The position numbers were made by a program, and so were the translations under genes. This document shows, in pieces, positions 52,250 through 64,000 of a stretch of 64,000 bases of DNA (position 1 is its first letter; each line of letters opens with the position of its first letter). The notes under the pieces were generated by a model. The model did no database searches. It worked only from the letters and a program-made list of their open reading frames with translations, and was not told the DNA's origin. Source of the stretch: Azolla caroliniana (taxonomy: Eukaryota; Plantae; Polypodiophyta); assembly GCA_043228905.1 (NCBI GenBank), contig JBHGNT010000006.1:3782001-3846000 (forward strand), in the 5' to 3' direction.

Positions 52250-55200
52250 TGTCGAATACATGTGTATAATGGACGTATTCACACTATCCCGTTTTTGGTA
52301 TTTATGTAATTAGCATAAAGGGTAGTTGCCCTAAGTCAGTCACTATATATAGTGACCTTGTAACCTTTTTGTAAGGTTGGCTGTTGTATTGTTGCTTTGT
52401 GAAATAAAGAGTCTTTTGTGTCTCTCTCTCTCTCTGTGCAACGACCTACATTCCATCATACACAGGGAAGAAACAGGGATCGAATGCTTCTCGATCTTCC
52501 GCATTGACGACCTTCCTCGCATACAACATCTGGTATCAGAGCCAGGTTCGGCCGTCATCACCGCCTGCACAGCATTCGGTTCTTCACCTCAACACGGCCT
52601 GCACAGTATTCGCGTCATTCGAAGAAAGAGAGAAGAAGAACAAAAACGAGGTTTGCACCTCATCGCGTTAGATCCCCTTGCTTGGAGTAAGCCAGCAGGT
52701 TGTACTCTGTCCCCTGTGATCGTAACCGCTCGAGGTGAAATCCCCTTGTGCAACTCTGACAACAACCCAAATTCGTGCTTCATCTGGCTGATCGACATTC
52801 GGGAGGATCAGTCGGATCCGTCTCTCTCATCGCTGCAGTCAACCGAAGCCGAATCGGTCCAGATAATCGGTTTCAATAATCGGTACTCGGCATATATATC
52901 CGAAGCGAACCGGGCTCACTCCGACTCGGCGACATTCGGGAAGACCAGCCGGTTCTGTCCCTCAAGTTACCGGAGTCAATTTGAGCAAGTTCCGAAGCCG
53001 AACCGACTCGGGTTCAAATCCGACTAGAACGATATCGGGTGAGCCAACCGGCTGCACTCCAACAAGGCTCGTAGTCAACTCCGAACCGAGCTTCGTCAAC
53101 CGAAACCCAATTTGATGGCATCAACATCCGGCTCGTCAGAAATGAGTCTACGAAAGTTCGATGGTTCGAACTTTAACTTCTGGAAGGAGCAAATGCAGGA
53201 CTATCTCATAGTCAAGGGGCAAATCGATCCCATCGAAAATGAAGAACCTCCAGAAGGATACAAACCAATTGAGTGGCAGAAGCTGGACAGAATCGTCCGC
53301 GCCACGATTCGGATGCACCTATCGGAATCGGTATACTTTACGGTGCAATCGTGTACGACAACATTTGAACTGTGGAAAACACTGTCGGACACTTACGAAA
53401 AGAAGGTCGCCGCAACAAAGATGTTTCTGATCCGGCGACTCTACAACTTGCGGATGAAAGAATCCGATTCGGTTCAAGCACACCTCAATGAGTACGAAAG
53501 CATAAGCTCCCAAATCTCGTCACAAGGGACGGCAATCGAGGATGAACTCAGAGCAATGATACTCATGAGTAGCCTTCCCTCATCATGGGAAACTTTCTTC
53601 ACAACCGTGTGCAACGCGTCAACCACGGCTGTTAAATACTCCGAAGTCACGAGCGCAATCCTGACCGAAGCAGCTCGGAGAAAGTCTTTCGCCAAAGACT
53701 CAACAGACGACGCTTACGTAGTACAAGGTTCGACAGACCGATCGAACATACGAGGAAGAGATTACTCACGGCCGCCGAACAATCAGCGAAGACGGAGCCA
53801 GTCACGGGATAACCGAATCTGCAACTACTGCAAGAAACCCGGACACATCAAAGCCGACTGCCGCGCACTCAAGAACAAGAACAACAAGAAGAGTGGCCGG
53901 CATGAGGAGATCAATTACGTCAGCTTCTCAGCTGATGTACTACCGGACGACCCGAATATACTATCAATCGAAAATCCAGTCGGATCAGAAGTTCTGCTCA
54001 CGATTGAAGAATCGAGCACGTGGCTCTTGGATTCGGGCGCGTCATTTCACGTGACTCCTCATCGATCCCAATTTCGGCAATATACGATCCGTCACTCCGA
54101 CTCAGTTCGAGTCGGCAACTCACAACACTGTGACATCATCGGAATCGGCACAATAGAGCTCAACCTTGCAGGTGGCTCTACACTTGTACTCCACAATGTC
54201 CGACATGTACCCGAGCTCTCAAGGCCATTGATCTCAGTCGGACAACTAGATGAAGACGGCATTCGTGCCGGCTTTTCTTCGGGAGGGTGGACACTCCACA
54301 GGGGGAACCTCCTGCTTGCTAGAGGACCCAAGATACACTCACTGTATCCGTTACATGTTACGCTCAGAGAGAGTAACCTGTTTTTGGTGGATATTCCTGT
54401 GTCATCACTATGGCACAGAAGATTAGGACACCTCAGCAAGGCCGGCATCACGCATCTATCTAGAGCCGGATACATCCCAAAACTCTCCTTCTCCGACCAT
54501 CAATTCTGCGAGCATTGCTAGTATGGCAAACAAGCAGCCGCATCACACCCGACATCAGCACCAAGAGAAACGAGACCTCTTGATTTAGTCCATTCGGACG
54601 TCTGTGGCCCAATGCCGCATCAGTCTCTAGGCGGTGCCTCTTACTTCGTCAGTTTTATTGACGATTCGACTCGAAAGGTGTGGGCTTATCCAATTCGCAC
54701 CAAAGATCGTGTCTTCTCGATCTTCACCGATTGGCTCGCTATGGTGGAAAATCAAACCGACCGAAAGCTGAAATGCTTTCGAACCGACAACGGGGGAGAG
54801 TTTAAATCCGAAGAATTCGTCAAATTCTGCCAACAACGCGGCATCCGACGTGAACTTACGGCACCACACAGTCCGGAGCAAAACGGGATTGCAGAACGAA
54901 TGAATCGGACAATCCAAGAACGGACAGTTTCCATGCTCCAACACTCCGGACTGTCGGATGGCTTCTGGGCAGAGGCTCTACTCACGGCAGTACACATAAT
55001 CAATATGTCACCAAGTAGACCTCTAGGACTTCAAATTCCTTAGGAACTATGGATCGGCAGTAAGCCGAATTACGACAAGCTGAGGATCTTCGGATGCGAG
55101 GCGTACGCCCTCATTCTGAAAGATGATCGCCGAAAACTTGCACCTCGGTCCAGGAAATGCATTTTCCTTGGATATGGATCCGACGGCGAAATGGGATACC

Positions 55201-57583
55201 GACTCTGGGACCCCGAACGCAGGCAAATCGTTCGAAGTTCGGACGTTGTGTTCAACGAGTCGGCTATGAACCCATCCGTCGAAAAACCAATCGAAGTCCG
55301 AAGGGTAACATTTTCCGATGTGCCGACCCTTCAAGAAGGCCCCGCTCTCAACACACGGTCAGCTTCACGGGTAGCTGAACCTTACTCTACCGACTCGGAC
55401 AACTCCGACTCGGCACAGCAGAACAACTCGCTTTCGGACCATCCGACCACGATACCCGATGCGACCAGTCCAATCATACCTCGACGATCCGAGAGACTGT
55501 CGCAACCTCCGGAGAGGTACTCTCCTGGAATTTTCTTCACCGACGCCGGCGAACCGACGTCTTACGAAGAAGCATCGACATCTGTCGATTCCGCCACCTG
55601 GCATCTGGCGATGGAGTCGGAAATGCACTCCATTCGGGCAAACAAGACTTGGGATCTGGTCGAATTACCTAGGAACCGACGTGCTCTTCCTTGCAAGTGG
55701 GTTTATCGACTAAAAGAGACGTCTGATTCGACCACCCCAAAGTACAAGGCCAGATTAGTTGCGAAGGGCTTCCGACAAGAATATGGCGTCGACTTCGACG
55801 AGATTTTTTCACCAGTGGTGAAAATGACAACCCTTCGTTTTCTGCTCGGCGTAGTGGCAGCCGACAACTTGGAGCTGATTCAGCTAGATGTCAAAACAGC
55901 CTTCCTCCATGGTGATCTCGAGGAGGAAATTTATATGGAGCAGCCAAAAGGCTTCGTGGCACCTGGCCAAGAACATCTAGTCTGCCGACTCAGGAAGAGT
56001 CTATACGGCCTCAAACAGGCACCGCGACAATGGTACAAGAAGTTCGACGACTTCATCCAATCGATCGGCTTCTCAAAAAGCGATGAGGACCATTGTCTCT
56101 TTACCAACACAGCTCAAGATGGATCACCCATCTTCCTCATCATTTACGTGGACGACATGCTAATTTCTGGACGCCACTCGGGCGAACTTGCCGATCTCGT
56201 TCGGCAACTGCGGTTGAAGTTTGCCATGAAGGACCTCGGTCCGGCACGACACATACTCGGCATGAAGATTAGTCGGCATCGCGATAAACGACATCTTTTT
56301 TTGTCTCAGACCGACTACATCGGACGTGTCTTGGAACGCTTCAACATGCAATCAGCCAAATCTGCTTCAACCCCGCTCCCCATGAATCTTCGGCTCTCTC
56401 AGCGAGACTGCCCGACATCCGGTCCGGAGGGGGAAGATATGAAGTCGGTACCGTATGCACCGGCAGTCGGCTCCCTTATGTACCTGATGGTCGCGACACG
56501 GCCTGATATCTCTCATGCCGTAGGAGTCAAATCCTGGCCGATCGCATTGGAACGCAGTCAAGCATGTGTTCAGATATCTGGCTGGCACAAAAGACCATGG
56601 CATTCTTTTCGGTCCGAACCGAACCTCAGGCGTAGTCGGTTACACCGACTCGGATTTCGCCGGCTGTATAGACAGTCGAAAATCAACAACCGGATACTTC
56701 TTCAAATTCGGCAATGGAGCAATCTCGTGGAAGTCGAAACTTCAGGAGTGCACAGCGACCTCAACAACCGAAGCAGAATATGTAGCTGCGTCCGACGCAG
56801 CAAAAGAAGCTCTGTGGCTCGGTCGGCTGGCGCACACGTTTCGACAAGTCGACCATGACTCAGCTCCAGTTGTCTACAACGACAGTCAAGGTGCTGTTGC
56901 CCTGTCGAAAAATCCGGTTCACCACAACGCCTCCAAACATATCGACGTTCGATATCACTTCGTTCGGGACTGCGTCATTTCAGGGAAAATCGGTCTAGAG
57001 AAAATATCCACAACCGACAATGTCGCAGATGGAATGACCAAGTGTCTTTCGGCAGACCGTTTTCGGTCTCTTCGGCATCAGATGGGCGTAACGACAAACC
57101 AGTCCGGTTAAAGCCGGACACAGAGCAGGATGGTTCCCGACAACCGACATCAGTTCCTTAATGATCGGCTTCAACTGTTCCGACCCGACCAGTTCGGTCT
57201 TCTGCTTTCGGACCCTGCCGACTCGAACAAAGCTGATATGTCCGAGAACCCAAGTCTATACCTGTAATCTTAGATAACCCATGTATACGCCCATTACGGG
57301 GGAGTGTCGAATACATGTGTATAATGGACGTATTCACACTATCCCGTTTTTGGTATTTATGTAATTAGCATAAAGGGTAGTTGCCCTAAGTCAGTCACTA
57401 TATATAGTGACCTTGTAACCTTTTTGTAAGGTTGGCTGTTGTATTGTTGCTTTGTGAAATAAAGAGTCTTTTGTGTCTCTCTCTCTCTCTGTGCAACGAC
57501 CTACATTCCATCATACACAGGGAAGAAACAGGGATCGAATGCTTCTCGATCTTCCGCATTGACGACCTTCCTCGCATACAACA
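52250..57583 (+). mobile_element. Ty1/copia element D (different family), identical 279-bp LTRs, disrupted ORF
   Basis: LTRs 52250-52528 and 57305-57583, TSD AAAAC, PBS tggtatcagagcc at 52531, PPT gggggag. Confidence 0.96.
53115..57111 (+). pseudogene. Copia gag-pol of element D with two TAG stops and one frameshifting deletion
   Basis: CNYCKKPGHIKADC, LDSGAS, WHRRLGH, TDNGGE, YVDDM, TDSD. Stops at 54519 and 55041. Frameshift at ~56528 where the usual VSR(F/Y)M residues are missing. Confidence 0.92.
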
Positions 57584-57601
57584 AAAACCACGGGAGCCCG
57601 C

Positions 57602-57900
57602 TGTCGCGTTGTCGTGCCTTACGGCTCTGGATCGTTGCGTGAGTTGGGTGGGAACCGCTAGGGTTTTGGACTAGGAGGAAAGAAAATTCTAAGGCAATTA
57701 AGAATATGAAATATATTGTAAGAAAGAAAGATATGAAAAACTTGTGCATTCCACGAGTATAGTGTATTAGTGAGTACTCAAATTAAGAGAGAAAAATAGT
57801 TAGCAAACTCGTGGATCCCACGATTATATTATATTAATCAACCCTTGTAAAATAATCAACAACCTCTATACATCTTTCTCTCTTCCTTATATAGTGTTGG
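57602..57900 (-). mobile_element. LTR fragment related to family F
   Basis: Starts tgtcgcgttg and contains gggtgggaacc...ggttttggacta, like 63619 (tgtcgcgttg...gggcgggacc...ggtcttggacta). The far end is not found. Confidence 0.6.
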
Positions 57901-58449
57901 AAGAGTCTAAGTTTTTCACATGCAAGCATCATGCTTTTCCTATCTTTAGTTTTCATGCACACTGCATGTGCATAATTAGCTTTCTATCTCATCTTTTCTT
58001 TTAACTCGAGTGTCTATGCATGAATAACTTTTTGTACCATGCATGTCTAGAAATTTTACATGGGATAAACTTTAGTAGAACTTTAAAATTCATAATACGC
58101 TAGTATAATGATAAAGCTTAACATTATTAACATGGAGGTGCAAGGTTCGATTCTTGCCCTATGCATGTAATATATAATTTAAAGCTTTCTTCTATTTACA
58201 AATATGTCTCTTCATCTGGTAAGAGACTCTCGTTGGCCTTCTTCATCCGGCTCTTGCCGGTTCTGCTTCATCCAGTTCTCATCGGTTTTCTTTATCCGGT
58301 TCTTACCGGATCCTTCTTACCGGTCCTCTTCGTTTGTTTCTCACCGACTCTCACCGGACTTCTTCATTCGGCTCTTGCCGGGTCTCCTTACCAGTTCCTC
58401 CTTCCGGTTCTCACCGAGTACTCCATGTCCTATCCGGAGAGACCAAAAA

Positions 58450-58724
58450 TGTAATTTTTCACGTAGTGTGCGAATTACACTATGACAGCGTTGATACGTG
58501 CGTGCGTAGAGAACGAGGTGGGACCACGGGGGCCTCAGACAGAGGAATAACCAAATGAGGGGAAGGGAAGGAACCTAACGATGTAATTCACACACGCACA
58601 GACCCACAAAATCACAGGAATTGCAACTAACTACAGAACGCGAGATGAAGACAGAACGAATGTTTATGTATATATAAATCAAGGAGTTACAATCGGCGAG
58701 CCGACAAGTGATGGGCCCCGACGC

Positions 58725-58774
<50 letters not shown>

Positions 58775-58995
58775 CGCGAGATGGAGACCCTGTTGGAAGC
58801 ACTCGGGCGTCCCGTGGAGTAGAGTCAGCCTCCTGAAACCTGCACAGAACGATTATGGAGACGATAGAGGAGAGGAGAAGCGCTCGGTTCCAGTCCGGCA
58901 GCACTTCGTCCTCCACAAAAACGCGATCCCCTTTTTCTTCTCACTTCTCCCTCTCTTTTACAGCCCAAGGAGGAAGGTCGTTACCACCTGTTACA
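58450..58995 (-). mobile_element. Putative 3' LTR of the gypsy element
   Basis: Termini tgtaa...ttaca. Lies just downstream of the minus-strand integrase and contains an (AC)n run. Confidence 0.6.
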
Positions 58996-59264
58996 TCATG
59001 TTCATTCCCTGTCCTTTTGGACAGGGATACAACTCGATTTCCTCCCTACCGAAAGCGTACTACCTAGGATTTCGCCTCAGGCGACTTGTACCTACCTACG
59101 TACTATACAACAAAACTTGTGCCCACGTGTAAGGGCCGGTTTACGCACGTTATACCCGGTTTCTGCCCAGGGACGGTTTTCTCCACGACATCCGCCCCCA
59201 CCTAACCGCGCATTCATCGGTATGCGCCAAAATTAGATTCTTGCCGGAGAGGACCGGCCCACGC

Positions 59265-62200
59265 TTATCCTTCGTCTTCCGGATCGGCATCCGGTCCGAG
59301 TCGGTCATTGTCACTATCCAGGTCGTCCGGGTCCGGTTCCGCCTCGTGCCGCTTTTTGAATGCTTTGATCCTTTTGCTCGCCACCGGTACCGCCATCCTT
59401 GTCCCGTCGATCTCCGCAAGATGGTACGTGCCATTGTCGTTCGCTCTCGTCACCGTGTAGGGCCCGAACCATCTCCTTGCGAATTTGCGGGTCGCCTTGT
59501 GCTGGTTGTCGAGGCTGTTGTCATAAACCAGCACCCAGTCGCCTTCCTCAATCTTCTTCGGTCGTAGCCGGTGCGTTCGGTCAAACCGGGTTTTGTTCCG
59601 TTCCCTTGCCGAGCGTAGCTTCTCCTTCGCCCGTTCCACGTCCTTCGGCCTCCGCTCAAGTTGCCGGATCCGCGCCGCCAACAACTCGTCTCGACTCATT
59701 TCGTCCTTCCGGCCCACCGTAGCCCACGAAGAAATCCTGCCCGTACATTAGTTCCACCGGCATGAACCCTGTTACCGAACTGTGCGTAGTCCGGTCCGCC
59801 CACAACGCATAGGGTAAGAGCCGTGACCAGTTCCCAACTTGGCCTCCATACGCTCGTACTAACGCTTTGACGATCGGCCCGTGTCCGCGTTCCACCTTCC
59901 CGTTAGCCTCCGGATTGTACGCTGTGGTGAGCGAGAGTTTAATCCCTAGCTGGTCAAACAACTCTTCCGCCTCTTGCGCGTCCAATTCCCCTTGGTCGGC
60001 CACGATCTTACCGACGCACCCGTACCGGCATACCACATCTTCGATTAGAAACCGGCACACGGCCGCAGTCATTTTATTCTACAACGCTCGGCCTTCCACC
60101 TGGTTCATCAGGTCCTCCCGAGCTAGCACCAAATATCGCATCTGCCCTACCCCCATCGGCATCTTCACCAGATCCACCATCCACTTGAAGTGGATGGTCG
60201 GAGGGTAGGTTAGTTGAAGCTCGTCTCGATGTCGAACTATGGAGTACATCTGACAGCTTTCGCAAGTTGTTACGAACCGATGCACGTCCTGGTATAGTCC
60301 CGGCCACCAGTACTTCCCGTTCAACTTCTCGAATGTGGCCCATGTCCCGCGGTGTCCGGCCCAAGGACTCTCGTGGTACTCCATAAGCAGCGCTTTCTGC
60401 TCGTTCTCCCTCGCCACTACGTGGAGTGGGGTGCCGTTTCGCTTCTTCGGGTGCTTCCATATGCGCCCTTCCCGTAGGAAGAACCGGTACGCAATCTTCC
60501 GCACCCAGAAGGCCTCTTCTCTCGTCCACGCCACGTCTGGCGACATCGTCTGTAGGAACCTCCCGATTCAGAGCCACTCGCCGTCGTATTCGCTCTCGTC
60601 GAACTTGTTTAGCGCCGGAGTGCTCCCCTTTCTTGTTGTTACGTTGGCTGACCCGAAGAAGTCCTCGTCGACTTCTTCATTATCCGAAACCATGTTGTCC
60701 TCGTTGCTGAACCACGCCCTTGAAAGCATATCAGCAATGACATTATCTTTTCCGGAGATGTGCCGTATCTCCGGGTTCAGGGACTTGATGTATGCGATCC
60801 ACCTGAGCATCGCCAGGTCTGGAGTCGCGCATCCGGAGAACATACCCAGAATTGGTAGGCAGTCTGTCTCGATGATCACTTCCGTCCCGATCAGATAGTC
60901 CTTGTCGGCCTTGACTATCGAATCGACACCCCATAGCTCGCGCTTAACTTGGGCGTATCCTCGCCACGAACCGGATCGGGAACCATACGCCGTCCTTGTT
61001 CTCCTGACTGATCACCCACCCAATCCCGGTCGGGCTCGTGTCCACCGTCACATAGATGGGGACTTCCTTGCTGTAAACCGCTTTCCGGAGAGCCGGTGCC
61101 GCAGCAAGCGCCTCCTTCAGTCTCCAGACCGACTCCGTGTGCTCCGTCCTCCACTAGAACCTACGCCCTTTCTTCAATAACCTGTAGAGCGGTTCCGCGA
61201 CATGTGCGTAGTGCGGAATCCAGATGTGGTAGAATGCGCACGCACCCAAGAATCGGTGGACCTCCGTAACCGACCCGCAATCGTCCTTCATCACGGAGAT
61301 GGCTTCTACCTTTGTCGGGGACGGTTTCCGGCCATAGGGTCTGCACAGGTGTCCGACTACCAGGATCTCCGTTTGCCCAAACGCTGATTTCTCTCCGAAG
61401 AAGGTGAGCCGCGCGCTGTCAAGCCTTTGCAACACCTTATCGCAGACGTTGATGTGGTTCACGACGAACCTCCGACATCCGTCCGGCCCGACCGTTTCGT
61501 CTGCGTCCCCCACCGGACACCCTTTTATCGGTACGTTGTCTAGGAACGGCATAGTGATGTCCGGGATGTAATCCCTCAGCACCTTGTTCATTGCGTTCAG
61601 CATGTGCGCCAGCGAATTCGTTCCTCCTTGCGGTAGGGTACACATCCGCACCAAGCCGAGAGGAGTCCGCATTGTCGTGATGTCCCTGCTCTCTATGGCC
61701 AGTTGGAACTGGTTGTACCCCGAGTATAAGTCACTGACCGAATAGATTGACTTTCCGGCGAAGGCCTCCGCGAACTCGTCTATGGTCGGCCCGATCACTG
61801 CGTTACGGATGGTCACCTTATTGACCGGTTGTAGGTCTTGTATGAAACGCAATGTGCCGTTCTTCTTTGGCACTGTGAACCACCGATTCGAGTATGGGGC
61901 ATTCGACGGTTCGAGGAAGCCCATATCCACCTTCTGCTTCAGTAGCTCCATCAACATCAGGATGTGAGCTCTGGCTACCAGAATTGGTTTGAGACTCCAC
62001 GGCACATGCAGTACCGTGAAGATCTCCATTGGTTCCACAATCTTCGCGTCTACGCACCCGATCTCCTCCAGTGAGAATGTGAAAGCCTTCCCGTGCCTCC
62101 CGAGCATTCTTCGAAACCGGTCCTCTTCCGCCGGTAGTAGAAAACTATCCCCACCGATCTTGAGCCCTTGTAGCGTTATGTCGGTGAACGTGTGTCCTAT

Positions 62201-63618
62201 GCTAGCCGGATCTCGTAAACTTGGGTCCGACGCGACCCCCTTTATCCGTAACTCGCTGCCCTCTGGCAAGGGTGCCGCGACTGGCCTCACCTTCCGGTCC
62301 ACAGTCTTGTACTTCGCATCCACTCGGGCCGTCCGATCCGACTCGAGTCCACTACCGAAGTCGGCGATGACTTCGTACAACTTTTCCGAACATACCGGAA
62401 TCGTCCGGTCCTCATTAAGGCCTTCTCCGAACACCTCCCGTAACTTCCCCAAGGTGTCATAGAAAAAGACTGCCTCCACGGCTCCGTTGATTTCCTCTTC
62501 AGGGCCGAGGACTCTACATGCCCGAAGTCGCTCCTCCACCCGCTACTTTTCCCGGCCAACTACGCCGGCTATCATAAAAACCACTGCTATCGGAGAACCA
62601 AAATTTTCTACCTATGGTACATGTGTTTTTGCCTATAGTACATCTGTGGGGTTTTTCCGGGGTGTTCGGACTATCGCAGCCCCACGACTTGATAGCCCTA
62701 TCCGGGGTGTCGTCGCCGAGGGTCTCGCGGTTTTGCTCGTGGTTGGGTCGCACTGTCATGAATTGGACGGAATGCCAACCGTCTTGGCTCTTGACGTGCG
62801 CGTACACCGAACCGTTGTCCATCACTTTAGTCTCCATGCATGCTGCCGTAATGTACGGTTCGCCGCGAATTACCAGGTGCGAGGAAGTCTCCTGCACAAA
62901 GAAATGATGATCTATCTCGACGTCACCGATTTTCATGCGTACGTTCGGGCACGCACCATGCAACTCCTCTGTAGCGCGCGTCGCCACGCGTATCTTCCAC
63001 CCGTGCTTTGTGTTGATCGACCATTTCCCCTTTTTATAGAAGTCCATGGACGTCAGGTTGATCTCCGAACCGTGGTCTACCAATGCCACCACCGGCTCCT
63101 GGACGTCGCCGATCCGAACAGGGGTTTCCATAGTTGCCCTAGCCCAATGCGGCTTCGTGTTGTGGCTTTCTGCCAACTCGTTCTCTAGGGCCATGTCTTC
63201 GAAGTGTGCCGTCCACACTTCAACCGGCCTCTCCAGTTTCGGCTCCGCCGAGAGCCTCTTCCACTTCACCAAGTCCACGATGGAGTCGTGGAACTCCTTC
63301 TTGGTGATTCCCAACACCTCTCGTAAGGAAAACTCGACCTTGTTGTCGAGAATTCTCTCTTCCAGGACCTTCTACAGGTCTGTTGTTCGTTCTATTTCGG
63401 TGCTCAGCCGGAAATCAGCCTGCTTCTTCTTCTCCGGTGCGCTGGTGTTGGCAGCCTCATTCGGCTTCGGTCCGAACCGGATCTCGTACCGTTGAGAGGG
63501 GCCGCCCCCTTTGGCCTTTCTCGCGTGCTTGTCTTCTACTAGAACCTCGTAGTTCTGCCATGCGGCTTCTACCGGGTCGTCCCATCTGGTAACCTCTCGG
63601 ATCCGTTGTTTCGCACGG
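59265..63618 (-). pseudogene. Degenerate Ty3/gypsy pol (protease, RT, RNase H, integrase)
   Basis: ALVDHGSEIN (protease); LRFIQDLQPVN, DLYSGYNQ, LPQG, FLDN (RT); IETDCLP (RNase H); YHESPWAGH..CESC, WMVD, VADQGE, NPEANGKVER, WFGPY (integrase). PR-RT-RH-INT order with several frameshifts. Confidence 0.92.
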
Positions 63619-64000
63619 TGTCGCGTTGCTACTCGCGTGCGTGGAGAAGGGCGGGACCATGGGGGTCTTGGACTAACGAGTAGAGGAGAAGGAATCGGAC
63701 ACGGAATGGAAGCTTTGCTCGAGAAGAAGAAGAATGAACAAGAGATTAGATCGAACAAGAGGAAGATGGAGACAAGATAAACAACAAGATGTATTAAAAC
63801 GAAATGAACGATTACAAAATGGTGGCCGCATAGGCCGCACCAAACGACTACTCGAAACCCTAACCGACGAAGACGAAGATAAAGATAAAGAATCACTAAC
63901 CCTAACCCTAACGCTCGACCTATGTGGTATACCTCGCACACTCAAAATAGGCAACCCTCACAATGGTGCCTTCCCTCTCCTTTTATAGCACAAGGAGGGA
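63619..64000 (-). mobile_element. Family F LTR inserted into the gypsy element, runs off the right edge
   Basis: Reverse complement of ~21300-21685 (gtgtgcgaggtataccacataggtcgagcgttagggtt; end caacgcgaca). Confidence 0.85.

Larger units (their letters stand above)
52106..58449 (-). mobile_element. Fragmented copia LTR (A-like) hosting several insertions; pieces 52106-52249, 57589-57601, ~58190-58449
   Basis: gctcggccacaacc...tacgtggaaaaaccctaatagggaaaaac|cacgggagccc is rejoined across element D. A ccggttctcacc-type U3 array and tatttacaaatat lie at 58190-58449. Confidence 0.75.

Noticed and set aside
52377-53027. 216-aa ORF upstream of gag in element D as an extra gene
   Set aside because: It has a non-ATG start within the LTR, spans the PBS and leader, and has no recognisable domain.

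Overview
Eukaryotic, intron-rich plant DNA. The microsatellite load and retroelement types suggest a seed-free plant such as a fern, but this is inference only. I could splice three host genes by hand: (1) a ~150-aa protein with an RVxW motif and a C-terminal CaaX box (+, 6466-7686); (2) an 11-exon proline iminopeptidase with an organellar transit peptide (-, 10138-13281); (3) a 12-exon homogentisate phytyltransferase HPT/VTE2 (+, 25556-33726). The rest is mostly transposon-derived. On the left are a foldback-type long-TIR element carrying a nested hAT MITE, L1 LINE remnants, tRNA-derived SINEs (one complete with a 15-bp TSD) and an Athila-like remnant. From ~35.8 kb to the end is a dense nest of LTR retrotransposons: four Ty1/copia elements (A-D), solo or partial LTRs, and a degenerate Ty3/gypsy pol. 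Element C (44496-50273) is intact and very young. The main observations are repeated insertion of LTR elements within ~50 bp of one conserved LTR stem-loop, an apparent capsid (gag) swap among copia relatives that share pol, subfamily-specific U3 tandem arrays, and clean internal deletions removing different domains from A and B. All alignments were done by eye.
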